IMG/VR virus record: IMGVR_UViG_2695420487_000015
Direction: 5' to 3' (one strand)
DNA from: a virus
Lineage: Duplodnaviria > Heunggongvirae > Uroviricota > Caudoviricetes
DNA: 39,156 nucleotides
Shown here piece after piece: positions 18,469-28,352 of this stretch. The position numbers and the translations under genes are program-made. The notes under the pieces were generated by a model. That model did not search any database, was not told where the DNA came from, and saw nothing but the letters and a program-made list of their open reading frames with translations. The stretch's first letter is position 1; each line of letters begins with the position of its first letter.

Positions 18469-19629
18469 TTATGCCTCCGTGCCGTCAGTGGTGCTGGCTT
18501 TAGCCGGTGCGTCGCCTGTCAGAGACTGCATCGCTTTGACCATTGCCGCCGCGAAGACTTCCGCGCTCACTGGTTCAGAGGTGGCGGGTTCTTCCGGCTC
18601 GAGGATCTCGATATTTTCAATCAGGCAACCGGCCTCGTAGTCCTCGATAACGAAATCGACTTTGACCTGTTCGTAGTTTTCCACCTGGTCGAGTTTCGGA
18701 TTTTCGATGATGTGGCGGCGGTGGCCGTCCTCGTACAGATAAATCGAAATGTTATCCAGCGTGGTAATGAAAACGCTGTTTGCCGGGAAGAACGGCGCGC
18801 GCACCGCCTGAAGCTGACCGATGGTTTTCTGACTGATAATCAACTCACCGGCGAGCTGTTCGCTGTTCGCCTGGAATTTGTTAATCATCGGGAAGTATTT
18901 ATCGGTCAGGATACGGCGACCACAGATGACCACCATTTCCGGGTTTTCGCGGTGAATTTCCGCGACCAGTGACTCAAACGCATCCATAACCAGTGCGTCG
19001 AGGTTGGCGTAATGCCCACCTTTACCCACTTTGATGGTGTTCGAAATCACAGTACCGTCAGCGGCGGTGATGCTGGACATTACCCGCTCAGGCGCATCGT
19101 TGCGGTATTTCTGCAACCAGCCGACAGCCACGTCCTGAAGTAACGGGTTTTTGCTACGGTCAGACGTCGCCGCCCGGCTCACGCCGTTAAAGCCGATGGT
19201 GATGTAATCCAGCGCCTGACGTTTGATGATGGCGTTACGGATCCGAATCTGGAAATCCTGAAAGCGCGCCCACAGGTCGAGCTTGTTGTACTTCAGGTGA
19301 TAGTCGAAGTTCACCGGATGACAGAAATAGCGGTACGCATCCATTTTCGCGAAATCAGCGGTTTTGCGCTCGACCCCGCCGTCGGTGTCAGCGGTGCTGG
19401 CAATGGAGCCGGTCACATCGATGCCGACCTTCTCTTCGGTCAGCTCGCCAACCGTCACCATGTTGATGAGCTTCAGGAAGCTGGACGACTGCTGGATTTT
19501 GTCAAACAGGGTCTGCGTCACCGACGGCTCGACGGTGAATTTTTTGTCTAGGTCGCTGGTCGCGATGCCGTTCAGTTCGGCGATACGGCTCAGGTACTGA
19601 TTGAATTTAAAACGGGTCTCTTTACGCAT
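18469..19629 (-). CDS. N: Major capsid protein N
   Basis: 386 aa, MRKETRFKFNQYLSRIAELNG... near-colinear with P2 gpN. Confidence 0.9.
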   Translation of the reverse strand: MRKETRFKFNQYLSRIAELNGIATSDLDKKFTVEPSVTQTLFDKIQQSSSFLKLINMVTVGELTEEKVGIDVTGSIASTADTDGGVERKTADFAKMDAYRYFCHPVNFDYHLKYNKLDLWARFQDFQIRIRNAIIKRQALDYITIGFNGVSRAATSDRSKNPLLQDVAVGWLQKYRNDAPERVMSSITAADGTVISNTIKVGKGGHYANLDALVMDAFESLVAEIHRENPEMVVICGRRILTDKYFPMINKFQANSEQLAGELIISQKTIGQLQAVRAPFFPANSVFITTLDNISIYLYEDGHRRHIIENPKLDQVENYEQVKVDFVIEDYEAGCLIENIEILEPEEPATSEPVSAEVFAAAMVKAMQSLTGDAPAKASTTDGTEA

Positions 19630-19650
19630 GAGTTTTGTATTCCTTCGGGG

Positions 19651-20514
19651 TTAGCAGTCGGTCAGGGTGGAGCCCGCCGAATCACCGTCACCACCGGTGC
19701 TTAACTTGCGGCGCGCCTGTGATTTGCTTTCGGTGTTTTCCAGCGTGGTAGTCAGGGTACTGAATTGCTGCGAGGTGGCGTCGGCCTGTTCGGCCAGCGC
19801 TTTTTTGACGTCGGCGAGTTCTGTTTCAATTGCGCTGAAACGCATCTCGGCGCTTTCACCGCCGGTCTGTACCCGCTCAGCGATGGCGGTCACGGCTTCA
19901 TGTACATCACCGAAACGCGCATCGTCGTCAGTCTGTTTACGGCTGAAGATGCCTTTCACGGTGTCACTGAGTTTGCTCAGCAGGGTGTCGGGCAGGTCTT
20001 CGAATTCCAGCTCGGCAGGGGTTGCCACTGAGAACAGGTCGCCCGGCTGGTCTTTCTTCCCGGCCAGTGGGTTTTGTTGTGCGCGGGAACAGAATTGCAG
20101 GTATTCGGTACCGAGGCTCGCCGGGTCGTCGGTTACCGCCAATCCGATGAGGTGACACTTGCCTGTGTTGGCAAAGTTCGGGCGAATTTCCATCGAGGTG
20201 TAAACCTTCTGGCCTTTCGCCAGCATTGCGAGCAGGTTGTCGAGCGGGGCAATTTTGCCGAACAGCGCCAGTTTGCCGTTTAGCGCCGAATCGTCGTCGA
20301 TCACTTCTGCTTTCACTTCCGTGACGTCGCCATAACGGCAAAACTGGCCATCGGGAATAACGCTGCGGATATGCTCGAGGTTAATGCGACAGCCGTAGAC
20401 ACGCGGGTCAAAGCCGTTTGCCATATCCTGAATATCGGTCGCACTGATGACGCGACCGTCGCAGGTGTCCCCCTCTACGCCGATGCGAAACCATTTCGAA
20501 ATTTTTTTAGCCAT
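19651..20514 (-). CDS. O: Capsid scaffolding protein O
   Basis: 287 aa; position and size as in P2. Confidence 0.85.
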   Translation of the reverse strand: MAKKISKWFRIGVEGDTCDGRVISATDIQDMANGFDPRVYGCRINLEHIRSVIPDGQFCRYGDVTEVKAEVIDDDSALNGKLALFGKIAPLDNLLAMLAKGQKVYTSMEIRPNFANTGKCHLIGLAVTDDPASLGTEYLQFCSRAQQNPLAGKKDQPGDLFSVATPAELEFEDLPDTLLSKLSDTVKGIFSRKQTDDDARFGDVHEAVTAIAERVQTGGESAEMRFSAIETELADVKKALAEQADATSQQFSTLTTTLENTESKSQARRKLSTGGDGDSAGSTLTDC

Positions 20515-20678
20515 GAGTCAGGTGTCCTGAGTTGGGTTATCGGGTCGGATGTAGTTTCCCGACTCCCTCCCTCGCCAGCCACCGGTTACAGAAGTGCAAC
20601 CCCTGACACAACAGAGGGTTAGCGATTCCCTCCCCCTGAATCTTTAGCCTTGCCGTGTACTCATCACAGTGAGGTTTT
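20515..20678. promoter_or_regulatory. Divergent late promoter region between O and P
   Basis: 164-bp intergenic region between divergently transcribed O and P operons; individual promoter elements were not resolved. Confidence 0.5.
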
Positions 20679-22448
20679 ATGACTACTACCAATGACACAT
20701 CACTACTCAGCGACCCGCGACGACAGGCCGCGCTTTTGTTCTGGCAGGGCTATTCCGTGCCACAAATCGCGGAGCAGTTACAGGTCAAGCGCCCCACGGT
20801 GCAGAGCTGGAAACAGCGCGATAAATGGGAAGAGACCGCCCCGTTAAACCGGGTTGAATTCACGCTTGAGGCACGGCTGATTCAGCTCTACGCAAAGCCC
20901 GACCTGACGGCTCACGACTTTAAGGTCGCGGATTTTCTGGCGCGCCAGATGGAGCGCCTCGCGCGGGTTAACCGCTACGGCCAGACCGGCAACGAAGCGG
21001 ATTTAAACCCGAACGTGGCCAACCGCAACAAAGGGGAAAAGAAGAAGCCGAAAAAGAATTTTTTCAGCGAAGAGGCTATCGAGAAACTCGAAGAGATTTT
21101 CCTCGAGCAGTCTTTCGACTATCAGCTCGAGTGGTGGCGCGCGGGGCTGGCGCACCGCATCAGGCACATCCTGAAATCGCGACAGATTGGCGCGACGTTC
21201 TATTTTGCGCGTGAGGCACTGTTACAGGCGCTGAAGACAGGCCACAACCAGATATTTTTATCAGCCAGTAAGACACAGGCCTACGTGTTCCGAAAATACA
21301 TCATCGCCTTTGCCCGACAGGCTGGCGTTGAACTCACCGGCGACCCGATTGTGCTCGGCAACAATGGCGCGGAGCTGATGTTTCTCGGTACCAATGCCAA
21401 CACCGCACAGAGCCACAACGGCGACCTGTATGTCGACGAAATTTTCTGGATCCCCAACTTCCAGAAACTGAAGCGTGTCGCCGGGGGTATGTCGTCACAG
21501 GAGCATTTGCGCACGACCTATTTTTCGACCCCCTCATCGCTGGCGCACGGAGCTTACCCGTTCTGGTCGGGTGAGCAGTTCAACAAGGGGCGCTCAGACA
21601 AGAGCGAGCGAGTCGATATCGATATCAGTCACGCCGCACTCGCGAGGGGCGTCGCCTGTCCTGACGGCCAGTGGCGACAGATTGTCACCATCGAGGACGC
21701 ACTCGCCAAAGGGTGCACGCTGTTCAACATCGATACGTTAAAGCGCGAGAACAGTGTCGATGAGTTCCGCAACCTGTTTATGTGCGAGTTCGTCGACGAT
21801 AAAGCGTCGGTATTCCCGTTCGAAGAGCTGCAACGCTGCATGGTCGACAGCCTCGAGAAATGGGAGGACTACGCGCCATTTGCCGACAGGCCATTCACTC
21901 ATCGTCCGGTGTGGATTGGCTACGACCCGTCATTACGTGGCGACAGCGCCGGATGCGTCGTTATCGCGCCGCCAGTCGTTGCCGGTGGCAAATTCCGCAT
22001 CCTCGAGCGCCACCAGTGGAAAGGGATGGACTTCGCCCAACAGGCCGAATCCATTCGCGAGCTCACGCAGAAATACACTGTGGAATATATCGGTATCGAT
22101 GCGACCGGGCTCGGTCAGGGCGTCTTCCAGCTCGTGCGCTCGTTCTACCCGGCCGCGCGTGAAATCCGCTACACGCCAGAAATGAAAACCTCAATGGTGC
22201 TCAAAGCCAAAGACACCATTCGCCGCGGTTGCCTCGAGTACGACGTCAGCGCAACCGATATCACGCAGTCGTTTATGTCTATCCGCAAAACCATGACCAG
22301 CAGCGGGCGCAGCTCGACCTATGAGGCCAGCCGCACCGAGGAAGCCAGTCACGCCGATCTCGCATGGGCAACCATGCACGTATTAATCAATGAGCCGCTG
22401 ACCGCCGCGACCGGTGAGCAGTCATCCAGCATCATGGAGTGGAACTAA
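20679..22448 (+). CDS. P: Terminase large (ATPase) subunit P
   Basis: 589 aa, GAGG RBS 4 nt upstream; size and sequence match P2 gpP. Confidence 0.9.
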   Translation: MTTTNDTSLLSDPRRQAALLFWQGYSVPQIAEQLQVKRPTVQSWKQRDKWEETAPLNRVEFTLEARLIQLYAKPDLTAHDFKVADFLARQMERLARVNRYGQTGNEADLNPNVANRNKGEKKKPKKNFFSEEAIEKLEEIFLEQSFDYQLEWWRAGLAHRIRHILKSRQIGATFYFAREALLQALKTGHNQIFLSASKTQAYVFRKYIIAFARQAGVELTGDPIVLGNNGAELMFLGTNANTAQSHNGDLYVDEIFWIPNFQKLKRVAGGMSSQEHLRTTYFSTPSSLAHGAYPFWSGEQFNKGRSDKSERVDIDISHAALARGVACPDGQWRQIVTIEDALAKGCTLFNIDTLKRENSVDEFRNLFMCEFVDDKASVFPFEELQRCMVDSLEKWEDYAPFADRPFTHRPVWIGYDPSLRGDSAGCVVIAPPVVAGGKFRILERHQWKGMDFAQQAESIRELTQKYTVEYIGIDATGLGQGVFQLVRSFYPAAREIRYTPEMKTSMVLKAKDTIRRGCLEYDVSATDITQSFMSIRKTMTSSGRSSTYEASRTEEASHADLAWATMHVLINEPLTAATGEQSSSIMEWN

Positions 22449-23485
22449 TGAGCAAGAAACGCAACAAGCGCCAGCAGCAGCCGCGCACTCAAAACCACAC
22501 CGCCGCACCGGCGCAGAGCATGGAAGCATTCACTTTTGGTGAGCCGACGCCGGTACTCGACCGCCGCGATATTCTCGACTACGTCGAGTGCATCGACAAC
22601 GGCCAGTGGTACGAGCCGCCGGTGAGCTTTTCCGGGCTGGCGAAGAGCATGCGCGCCGCCGTGCATCACAGCTCGCCGATTTACGTGAAGCGTAATATTC
22701 TGGTATCGACCTACATCCCGCACCCGCTGTTATCCCGTCAGGACTTCACCCGGTTTGCGCTCGACTATCTGGTGTTTGGTAATGCGTTTATCGAAGAGCG
22801 TCGCGGCCTGACCGGCAAGCCGTTAAAACTGGAAACTTCACCGGCGAAATATACCCGCCGTGGCATCGAGGATGACGTGTACTGGTATATTCAGTCCTAC
22901 ACGCAGCCGCACCAGTTCGCGCCCGGCTCCGTCTTCCACCTGCTCGAGCCCGATATTAATCAGGAGCTTTACGGGATGCCGGAATACCTGAGCGCGCTCA
23001 ATTCAGCCTGGCTGAATGAATCGGCGACACTGTTCCGTCGCAAGTATTACCAGAACGGCGCACATGCGGGTTACATCATGTACGTGACCGACGCGGCGCA
23101 AAGCAGCGCTGACGTCGAGGCGCTGCGAAAGGCGATGCGCGACTCAAAAGGGCTCGGCAATTTTAAGAACCTATTTTTCTACGCACCAAACGGTAAAGCC
23201 GACGGGATTAAAATTGTGCCGCTGAGCGAAGTTGCCACGAAGGATGATTTTTTTAATATCAAGAAAGTCAGCGCCGCTGACCTTCTCGACGCGCACCGCA
23301 TCCCATTCCAGCTTATGGGCGGTAAGCCCGAGAACGTCGGCTCAGTGGGTGACGTTGAGAAGGTGGCAAAGGTCTTTGTGCGTAACGAACTGACCCCGCT
23401 ACAGGCGCGGTTTATGGAGCTGAACGAGTGGGCGGGTGAAGAGATTATCCGCTTCGAAAAATATAGCCTCGGCGACGACGAGTAA
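22448..23485 (+). CDS. Q: Portal protein Q
   Basis: Start at ATG 22448 (MSKKRNKRQ), which overlaps the P stop as TAATG; 345 aa, close to P2 gpQ in size. Confidence 0.85.
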   Translation: MSKKRNKRQQQPRTQNHTAAPAQSMEAFTFGEPTPVLDRRDILDYVECIDNGQWYEPPVSFSGLAKSMRAAVHHSSPIYVKRNILVSTYIPHPLLSRQDFTRFALDYLVFGNAFIEERRGLTGKPLKLETSPAKYTRRGIEDDVYWYIQSYTQPHQFAPGSVFHLLEPDINQELYGMPEYLSALNSAWLNESATLFRRKYYQNGAHAGYIMYVTDAAQSSADVEALRKAMRDSKGLGNFKNLFFYAPNGKADGIKIVPLSEVATKDDFFNIKKVSAADLLDAHRIPFQLMGGKPENVGSVGDVEKVAKVFVRNELTPLQARFMELNEWAGEEIIRFEKYSLGDDE

Positions 23486-23661
23486 CCCCACCTACAGCCG
23501 CCCGTCGTGGCGGCTTTACCCCCACCGCACACAACACCCTCAGCGCCACGACACGCCGTCGCCGCTTCGCTTCACCTCGTAACTCACCCACTACAACAAC
23601 AACGCCACAGCGACGCGCCCAGGCGCTGAATAAATAAATTAAATACCACGCTCAGCGCGCA

Positions 23662-23680
23662 ATGCTATCCCCGCCACGCC
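23662..23680. other. Candidate cos site (19-nt cohesive end)
   Basis: Reverse complement reads GGCGTGGCGGGGATAGCAT, resembling P2/186 cohesive ends as recalled; located just downstream of Q as in P2. Confidence 0.45.
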
Positions 23681-23827
23681 TGCCCGCTTTATGGGTCGGT
23701 TTTAATGCAGTTGCATGACCACTCTGGATCTGCGCCAGCTCTGGCATTACACGTCCAGAACTAGCAAGCCTTGCGAATGCAAAACCATGCTTCTTATACA
23801 TGCACAGCTAAAAACAGAAAATAACAT

Positions 23828-23855
23828 AAAAAAACCGGCATCAAGATGCCGGTTT
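23828..23855 (-). terminator. Intrinsic terminator downstream of the acyltransferase gene
   Basis: Hairpin CCGGCATC..GATGCCGG followed on the minus strand by a 7-nt T-run. Confidence 0.6.
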
Positions 23856-23952
23856 AGTTCATATCATATCATGCTTGCACTTGTGGCCTATAAATGTGCT
23901 GAAAATACTATTAAGTAAAACATCCATGATCATCGTTCTGCTGAAGCCCTGT

Positions 23953-25170
23953 TTAATTAGCTTTATCAAGGCGTCCCCCCACCACCATCCGCTTGTAATT
24001 TATTGCGAACAACTTAATTTTTTCAGGGAACTTTGACGCCAAAATTATTGACTTTCTGTCTACATATGAATAAAAGGGCATTGATATCAAAATAGTTATC
24101 ATCGAAGTTAAGATAAATGTAACAAACGCACCAACGGACGGCGACGCAATGTTTTTGTAAACCCAAAAACCAACTATAGATATAACAAATGGATGAAGCA
24201 AGTATATTGAAAATGACAACTTCCCAATAAACAAGACTACATTTTTGCTCATCCCCCTTAAACATCTCCCATTCACAAAGACAGAAGCAATAATCAAAAA
24301 AGAACCAAGCGATATTGTAAACTCTGGCCATTGTATTAATATACCGCATTGAAACTGAAGGTAGAGGTAAAATTCAACCAGATCTTTATACGCAGTGCTC
24401 GCCGGTGCATACCCAACAAGATAAAGGCCAATAAACAACATAAGAAGCGATACAAACTTTCTTAACCGTCCATTATTTTCACTTATCTCGAAAGTTGATA
24501 AAAACACACCAGAAAGGAAAAGCCCATAATAAATTACATTAATACTACCAGACAAAAACATGCAAACAAATGAAATAAACGACAACCAGCGAAGAATGGT
24601 CTTGTTCTCACCAAACAGAGATATAAATCCGTATACCAATATAGAACCAAAAAACTCAATACTAATAGTCCACAGAACATAGTTATACTTTATATTACCA
24701 AAAAGCATAGCGCCAAATGAAGCATCCCATATGGCTGACACTATATTCCCATCAAAACTAAACGCAGTCATTAACGGCATTGATGCAGCGGGGCTATCCT
24801 TATCCGGAAAAAAGCCCAACAACATTATAAAATAGCAAATAATCACAGATGCTGCTACGGGAACCCCAAGCCTAATGTATCTCTTCAATGCTGATGCTTG
24901 TATATAACGTATTTCGTTATTATTTTTTTGGCAACTCAGTGACAAAACCAACCCGCTCAAAACAAAGAATAAGCTAACAGCAGATCCCCCCTTATAGAAA
25001 AAAGTAAAAGGGCTATTAAATAAATTTTCTTGCCACTTGCTATCAAACATACTGCCAGAATGCACCGAAGGTATAAACATTAAAAATGAATGCGATAAAA
25101 CGACAGCCATGGCTGCCACACCTCTTATCCCATCAAAGATTTTTACATTATTTCTCTCATTATCACTCAT
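23953..25170 (-). CDS. Cargo gene: acyltransferase family 3 membrane protein (O-antigen/LPS acetylase type)
   Basis: AT-rich, 405 aa, about 10 hydrophobic segments, N-terminal DGIRGVAAMAVVLSHS motif typical of acyltransferase-3; sits in the cos-to-A interval, the P2 tin/old slot. Confidence 0.75.
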   Translation of the reverse strand: MSDNERNNVKIFDGIRGVAAMAVVLSHSFLMFIPSVHSGSMFDSKWQENLFNSPFTFFYKGGSAVSLFFVLSGLVLSLSCQKNNNEIRYIQASALKRYIRLGVPVAASVIICYFIMLLGFFPDKDSPAASMPLMTAFSFDGNIVSAIWDASFGAMLFGNIKYNYVLWTISIEFFGSILVYGFISLFGENKTILRWLSFISFVCMFLSGSINVIYYGLFLSGVFLSTFEISENNGRLRKFVSLLMLFIGLYLVGYAPASTAYKDLVEFYLYLQFQCGILIQWPEFTISLGSFLIIASVFVNGRCLRGMSKNVVLFIGKLSFSIYLLHPFVISIVGFWVYKNIASPSVGAFVTFILTSMITILISMPFYSYVDRKSIILASKFPEKIKLFAINYKRMVVGGRLDKAN

Positions 25171-25268
25171 GCAAAAAACCTTTTATAATAAAAAATGTCA
25201 TTTCGATTAACGTATTGTATTGGTTATTATTGTGTTATAACTGACAATCAACCTTAAAAAAACGCGGC

Positions 25269-25297
25269 ATTATAGCACCTTAAGCCTGTTGTATGAA
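25269..25297 (-). promoter_or_regulatory. Candidate sigma-70 promoter for the acyltransferase gene
   Basis: Minus-strand TTCATA, 17-bp spacer, TATAAT. Confidence 0.3.
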
Positions 25298-25463
25298 TAT
25301 CATTATTGTTTTGACAGGAAGAGTTCCGTTTACGCCCCACCTAACCTTCGGAGCACTGAGTAGTGCTCCCAATGAGGTTGGAATAAGGGGAGATTCAAAA
25401 AATAGCTGACCATTCTATGCAGGCAACCCAACTACCAGCATACAACTTGTTTTTTCTCGCAAC

Positions 25464-25646
25464 TTACTCAGCCTTTGTTAATCGTTCTTCAGCATGGGTT
25501 GCAGAGAAAACCAGTGAAAAGGAGTTATTTTTCATCAAGTTGCCTCTCACTATTTCTGCAATCAAATTCAATGCGATTTCACGGTCTCTTTCCTTACAAG
25601 TCCCTTCAGCCGTTAGACGCGCAATCATTTCGACTCGCTCAATCAT
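25464..25646 (-). CDS. Small hypothetical protein (60 aa) downstream of a LexA box; candidate SOS-controlled antirepressor-like gene
   Basis: First ATG at 25646 with a weak RBS; charged, helix-like composition. The track's longer ORF starts at a GTG and would contain the LexA box. Confidence 0.3.
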   Translation of the reverse strand: MIERVEMIARLTAEGTCKERDREIALNLIAEIVRGNLMKNNSFSLVFSATHAEERLTKAE

Positions 25647-25691
25647 AACGTGCTCACTTAATTCTCTATCCACACAACCTCCACAACGAGA

Positions 25692-25711
25692 TACTGTATA
25701 AACATACAGTA
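25692..25711 (-). promoter_or_regulatory. LexA box (SOS operator)
   Basis: TACTGTATAAACATACAGTA: exact CTGT-N8-ACAG palindrome with AT-rich spacer, close to the E. coli LexA consensus; 46 nt upstream of the small ORF. Confidence 0.55.
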
Positions 25712-25789
25712 ACACATGTTGATAAAAAATGTGAAGGAAAAAAACCAATAAATACACTGTATGTGCATGATATGGATGAATATTAACGG

Positions 25790-28030
25790 TTATATTTTCA
25801 TTGCCAGTTCAGTTAAAACCGCAACGCGATTGAGGATTTCTGTAGCTTTGGTCTGATGTTCCTTAGCTCTATCTTGATGCGATGGCGCTGCGGAAAATAT
25901 TTCGCCTTTGGCCGTTCCGCGTAACCATTTACCATCAAAACAACTTTTACCACCGACCATCAGGTGCAGGGCTTCGCCCCGGCTGATAACGATGCCAGTT
26001 GTCAGATGTATCTCGTCGATAATTTTCGCTAAAACTGCGTTTTGCTCATTCGTTCCGTGAATGAATTTTCGCCGTATTTGTGGTTTTTGCTTCCTGAGTC
26101 GGTTTGTCAGCTCTCGTCTTTCACGTCGACTCAAGGGTTTTGATAAATCGAGTTCCGGTGGATCGCTTTCGCTTCCCGTATAGTTATTGACAGAACTCCG
26201 AGAGGGCGCAGGAGCGCCCTTAACGTCAACGGCCAAATCAACGGCACGCTTCGGCACAATTTTCCACTGCGTTAACCGGGTTAAAATCGGGGTGCCAGCG
26301 CCGACAGCAGAGTCGTAGACGCCACGAATGCAGACGGTTTCCTCACCATACTGGTTAAACTCGGGGCGCGGCTCATACAGCGTGCGCACCTGTAAATCAT
26401 CGCGACAGACAAACGGACCACCCTGCGCACTAACGTAACCAGCCCAGTCACCGGCGTCAGCGGCATCATGGACGGCAGCAAACTCAACGCTCAGACCGTG
26501 CGCGGTCTCGGTATCAGCGAGACGACGTAATTCACGGTAGACCGTCACCGGCGCACCGCCGATAAACTGGAACTGACGGATGTGCCAGCGCGCCGCCCAT
26601 GCTGATACGGCGGGGGCTGTCTCTTTCAGCAGCTCACCGCTTTCGTCATCGGTTTCACCATCAAGAGCATATCCGTCGATGTTTTTGGAAATGTATTTAG
26701 CGACATAGCCGGTAGCGCTGCCCTTTTCTGGGTCAATGGCTTCGGCATGAAAGCGCGCTTTTTTGGCTTTATCGCTTCTCAGTTCATGGCGGTCTTCCTC
26801 CCACGCATAATCACGGATGATGAGACGCACACTCTCGACGTCTTCCGGCAACATGAACATAAGCATGTGCCAGTGCGGCGTTCCGTCGTGATGAGGCTCA
26901 GCAACACGGATGCCGAAAATGCGGATTTCTTCCCGGTGTAGCTTGGCGCGTATGCGTGCCCAAAGACCGGTTAGATAGCTCTGCGTGTCCGAAGGGCTGG
27001 CACCGTTCCATTTGCTATTACGGTAGCCCGCTTTAGTCGTGGCGTGATATTTAGACGGTGCGGTTAAAGTGTAAAACTCACCGACATAACCGAGCTCATT
27101 GCAGATATTTTCAAACCCACGGATGCGGGTCATCAGCTCGCAGCGACGTATTGCAGGGTTAGCAACCGAACCATCGTATTTTTCAATCAGACTGATGCGG
27201 TTGCCGTCTTCGTCTTCGAGCTCCAGTCCTTTAAGAAATTCGCGCGTGCGGCGTTTCTGCTCGCGCCAGTCAGTCACGCAGTTTTTACTCGCGTAGGCGT
27301 GCTTTTTCTTACTGACGTTGCCAACAGCAATTTGTAGATGTTCGCGCCATGCAGACGCAATGCGACGTAAACGACCACGCCACCAAACCTCATTAAACAT
27401 GCGCATTACTGCCGGTGCGATTTCATCCTCACCAAAATATTTTTTAGTCACACGCTCCCATTTCGGCGGTGTAACGTTGAATTGCAGGGAAATAAAACCG
27501 GCGCGCATGTACCAGGCGTACAGCGTTTTGAGTTCGCTAAATCCGGTGTCATCAATATCAGCCAGTTCAGCACGAATGAAATTAGCGATATCAGCGGCAA
27601 GCAGGTCAATATCAGCGCGCGACATATCCGGGAGGCGGTTAAATCTGGCGACCATATTGACCATGCGTGACGCCAGATATTGCATAAGCTGGGTATCAAA
27701 ATGACCATCGAAAACAGAGGCTGATACATTGCTGTTGATGCCCGAGCACTCATATTTTTTTGCGACGAGTTCAAGACGTGGCAATGCCTTTTTGCAGAAG
27801 CTGATTAAAAAGGCATTGGCTCGTTGACTGCCCTGATTTTGCTCCAGTACCGCAGCGGTACGATAAACATCAAAGCGCACACACTCTGGCTGGAGAGAAA
27901 GCACCGTTCTCGCATGCAGCAAAGCCGCGAACATACGGTCGCGGCGATGCTGTTGGTCATAGGTAAGATATGGGCTGGCTAATGCCGACCGTGGGGCATT
28001 CCACGGAAACGCGTAAACTACACCCGTCAT
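25790..28030 (-). CDS. A: Replication initiation protein A (rolling-circle nickase)
   Basis: 746 aa; size and position match P2 gpA. Confidence 0.85.
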   Translation of the reverse strand: MTGVVYAFPWNAPRSALASPYLTYDQQHRRDRMFAALLHARTVLSLQPECVRFDVYRTAAVLEQNQGSQRANAFLISFCKKALPRLELVAKKYECSGINSNVSASVFDGHFDTQLMQYLASRMVNMVARFNRLPDMSRADIDLLAADIANFIRAELADIDDTGFSELKTLYAWYMRAGFISLQFNVTPPKWERVTKKYFGEDEIAPAVMRMFNEVWWRGRLRRIASAWREHLQIAVGNVSKKKHAYASKNCVTDWREQKRRTREFLKGLELEDEDGNRISLIEKYDGSVANPAIRRCELMTRIRGFENICNELGYVGEFYTLTAPSKYHATTKAGYRNSKWNGASPSDTQSYLTGLWARIRAKLHREEIRIFGIRVAEPHHDGTPHWHMLMFMLPEDVESVRLIIRDYAWEEDRHELRSDKAKKARFHAEAIDPEKGSATGYVAKYISKNIDGYALDGETDDESGELLKETAPAVSAWAARWHIRQFQFIGGAPVTVYRELRRLADTETAHGLSVEFAAVHDAADAGDWAGYVSAQGGPFVCRDDLQVRTLYEPRPEFNQYGEETVCIRGVYDSAVGAGTPILTRLTQWKIVPKRAVDLAVDVKGAPAPSRSSVNNYTGSESDPPELDLSKPLSRRERRELTNRLRKQKPQIRRKFIHGTNEQNAVLAKIIDEIHLTTGIVISRGEALHLMVGGKSCFDGKWLRGTAKGEIFSAAPSHQDRAKEHQTKATEILNRVAVLTELAMKI

Positions 28031-28043
28031 TTATTCTTCCGTG

Positions 28044-28352
28044 TCAGTATGATGCACATAATAGCTCCCTCAGCTTTGCTGCAAGAATTTCAATAGCGTA
28101 TTCATTAGGGAAGAGAGAGATTGAAAGAATTACCCAATTAGTTCCAAATTGGATGTAATCTCTTACTGGTAAAATATGAGTTATTTCGACCAGCACTACT
28201 TTTGAGGTGCATTCATTACGAAACTCATTCAATAAAAGGTAATCACCACAACGGAAATTACGGTCATCTACTCGCAGTTCTGCTTTTTTTGTTCCATCGC
28301 ATACTGCTTCGAAATGTTCAGTAGTTATCTTTAAACAATGAATAGTTCTCAT
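28044..28352 (-). CDS. DUF3850 / ASCH-like small protein
   Basis: Start at ATG 28352 with a GGAGG RBS; MRTIHCLKITTEHFEAVCDGTKKAELRVDDRNF resembles the DUF3850 N-terminus (recollection). Confidence 0.55.
   Translation of the reverse strand: MRTIHCLKITTEHFEAVCDGTKKAELRVDDRNFRCGDYLLLNEFRNECTSKVVLVEITHILPVRDYIQFGTNWVILSISLFPNEYAIEILAAKLRELLCASY

Noticed and set aside
20515-20678. Search for the canonical TGT-N12-ACA activator dyad in the P-O divergent promoter region, and in the G-FI region (8398..8528)
   Set aside because: No exact dyad found in either (only a TGT-N13-ACA near 8431-8449), so no specific late-promoter activator sites are called there; this also weakens the V-upstream call.
16906-23532. 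Antisense and overlapping ORFs within head, terminase and portal genes (for example 17115..17396, 18385..18972, 19667..20155, 21754..22185, 23179..23532)
   Set aside because: Same reasoning: shadow ORFs inside well-supported genes.
25350-25369. Stem-loop GGAGCACT-gagt-AGTGCTCC upstream of the acyltransferase gene
   Set aside because: No U-tract on either strand, so not called a terminator; function not inferable from sequence.
25417-25701. 94-aa plus-strand ORF in the A-to-acyltransferase spacer
   Set aside because: Low-complexity composition, no RBS, and it overlaps the LexA box and the better-supported minus-strand small ORF.
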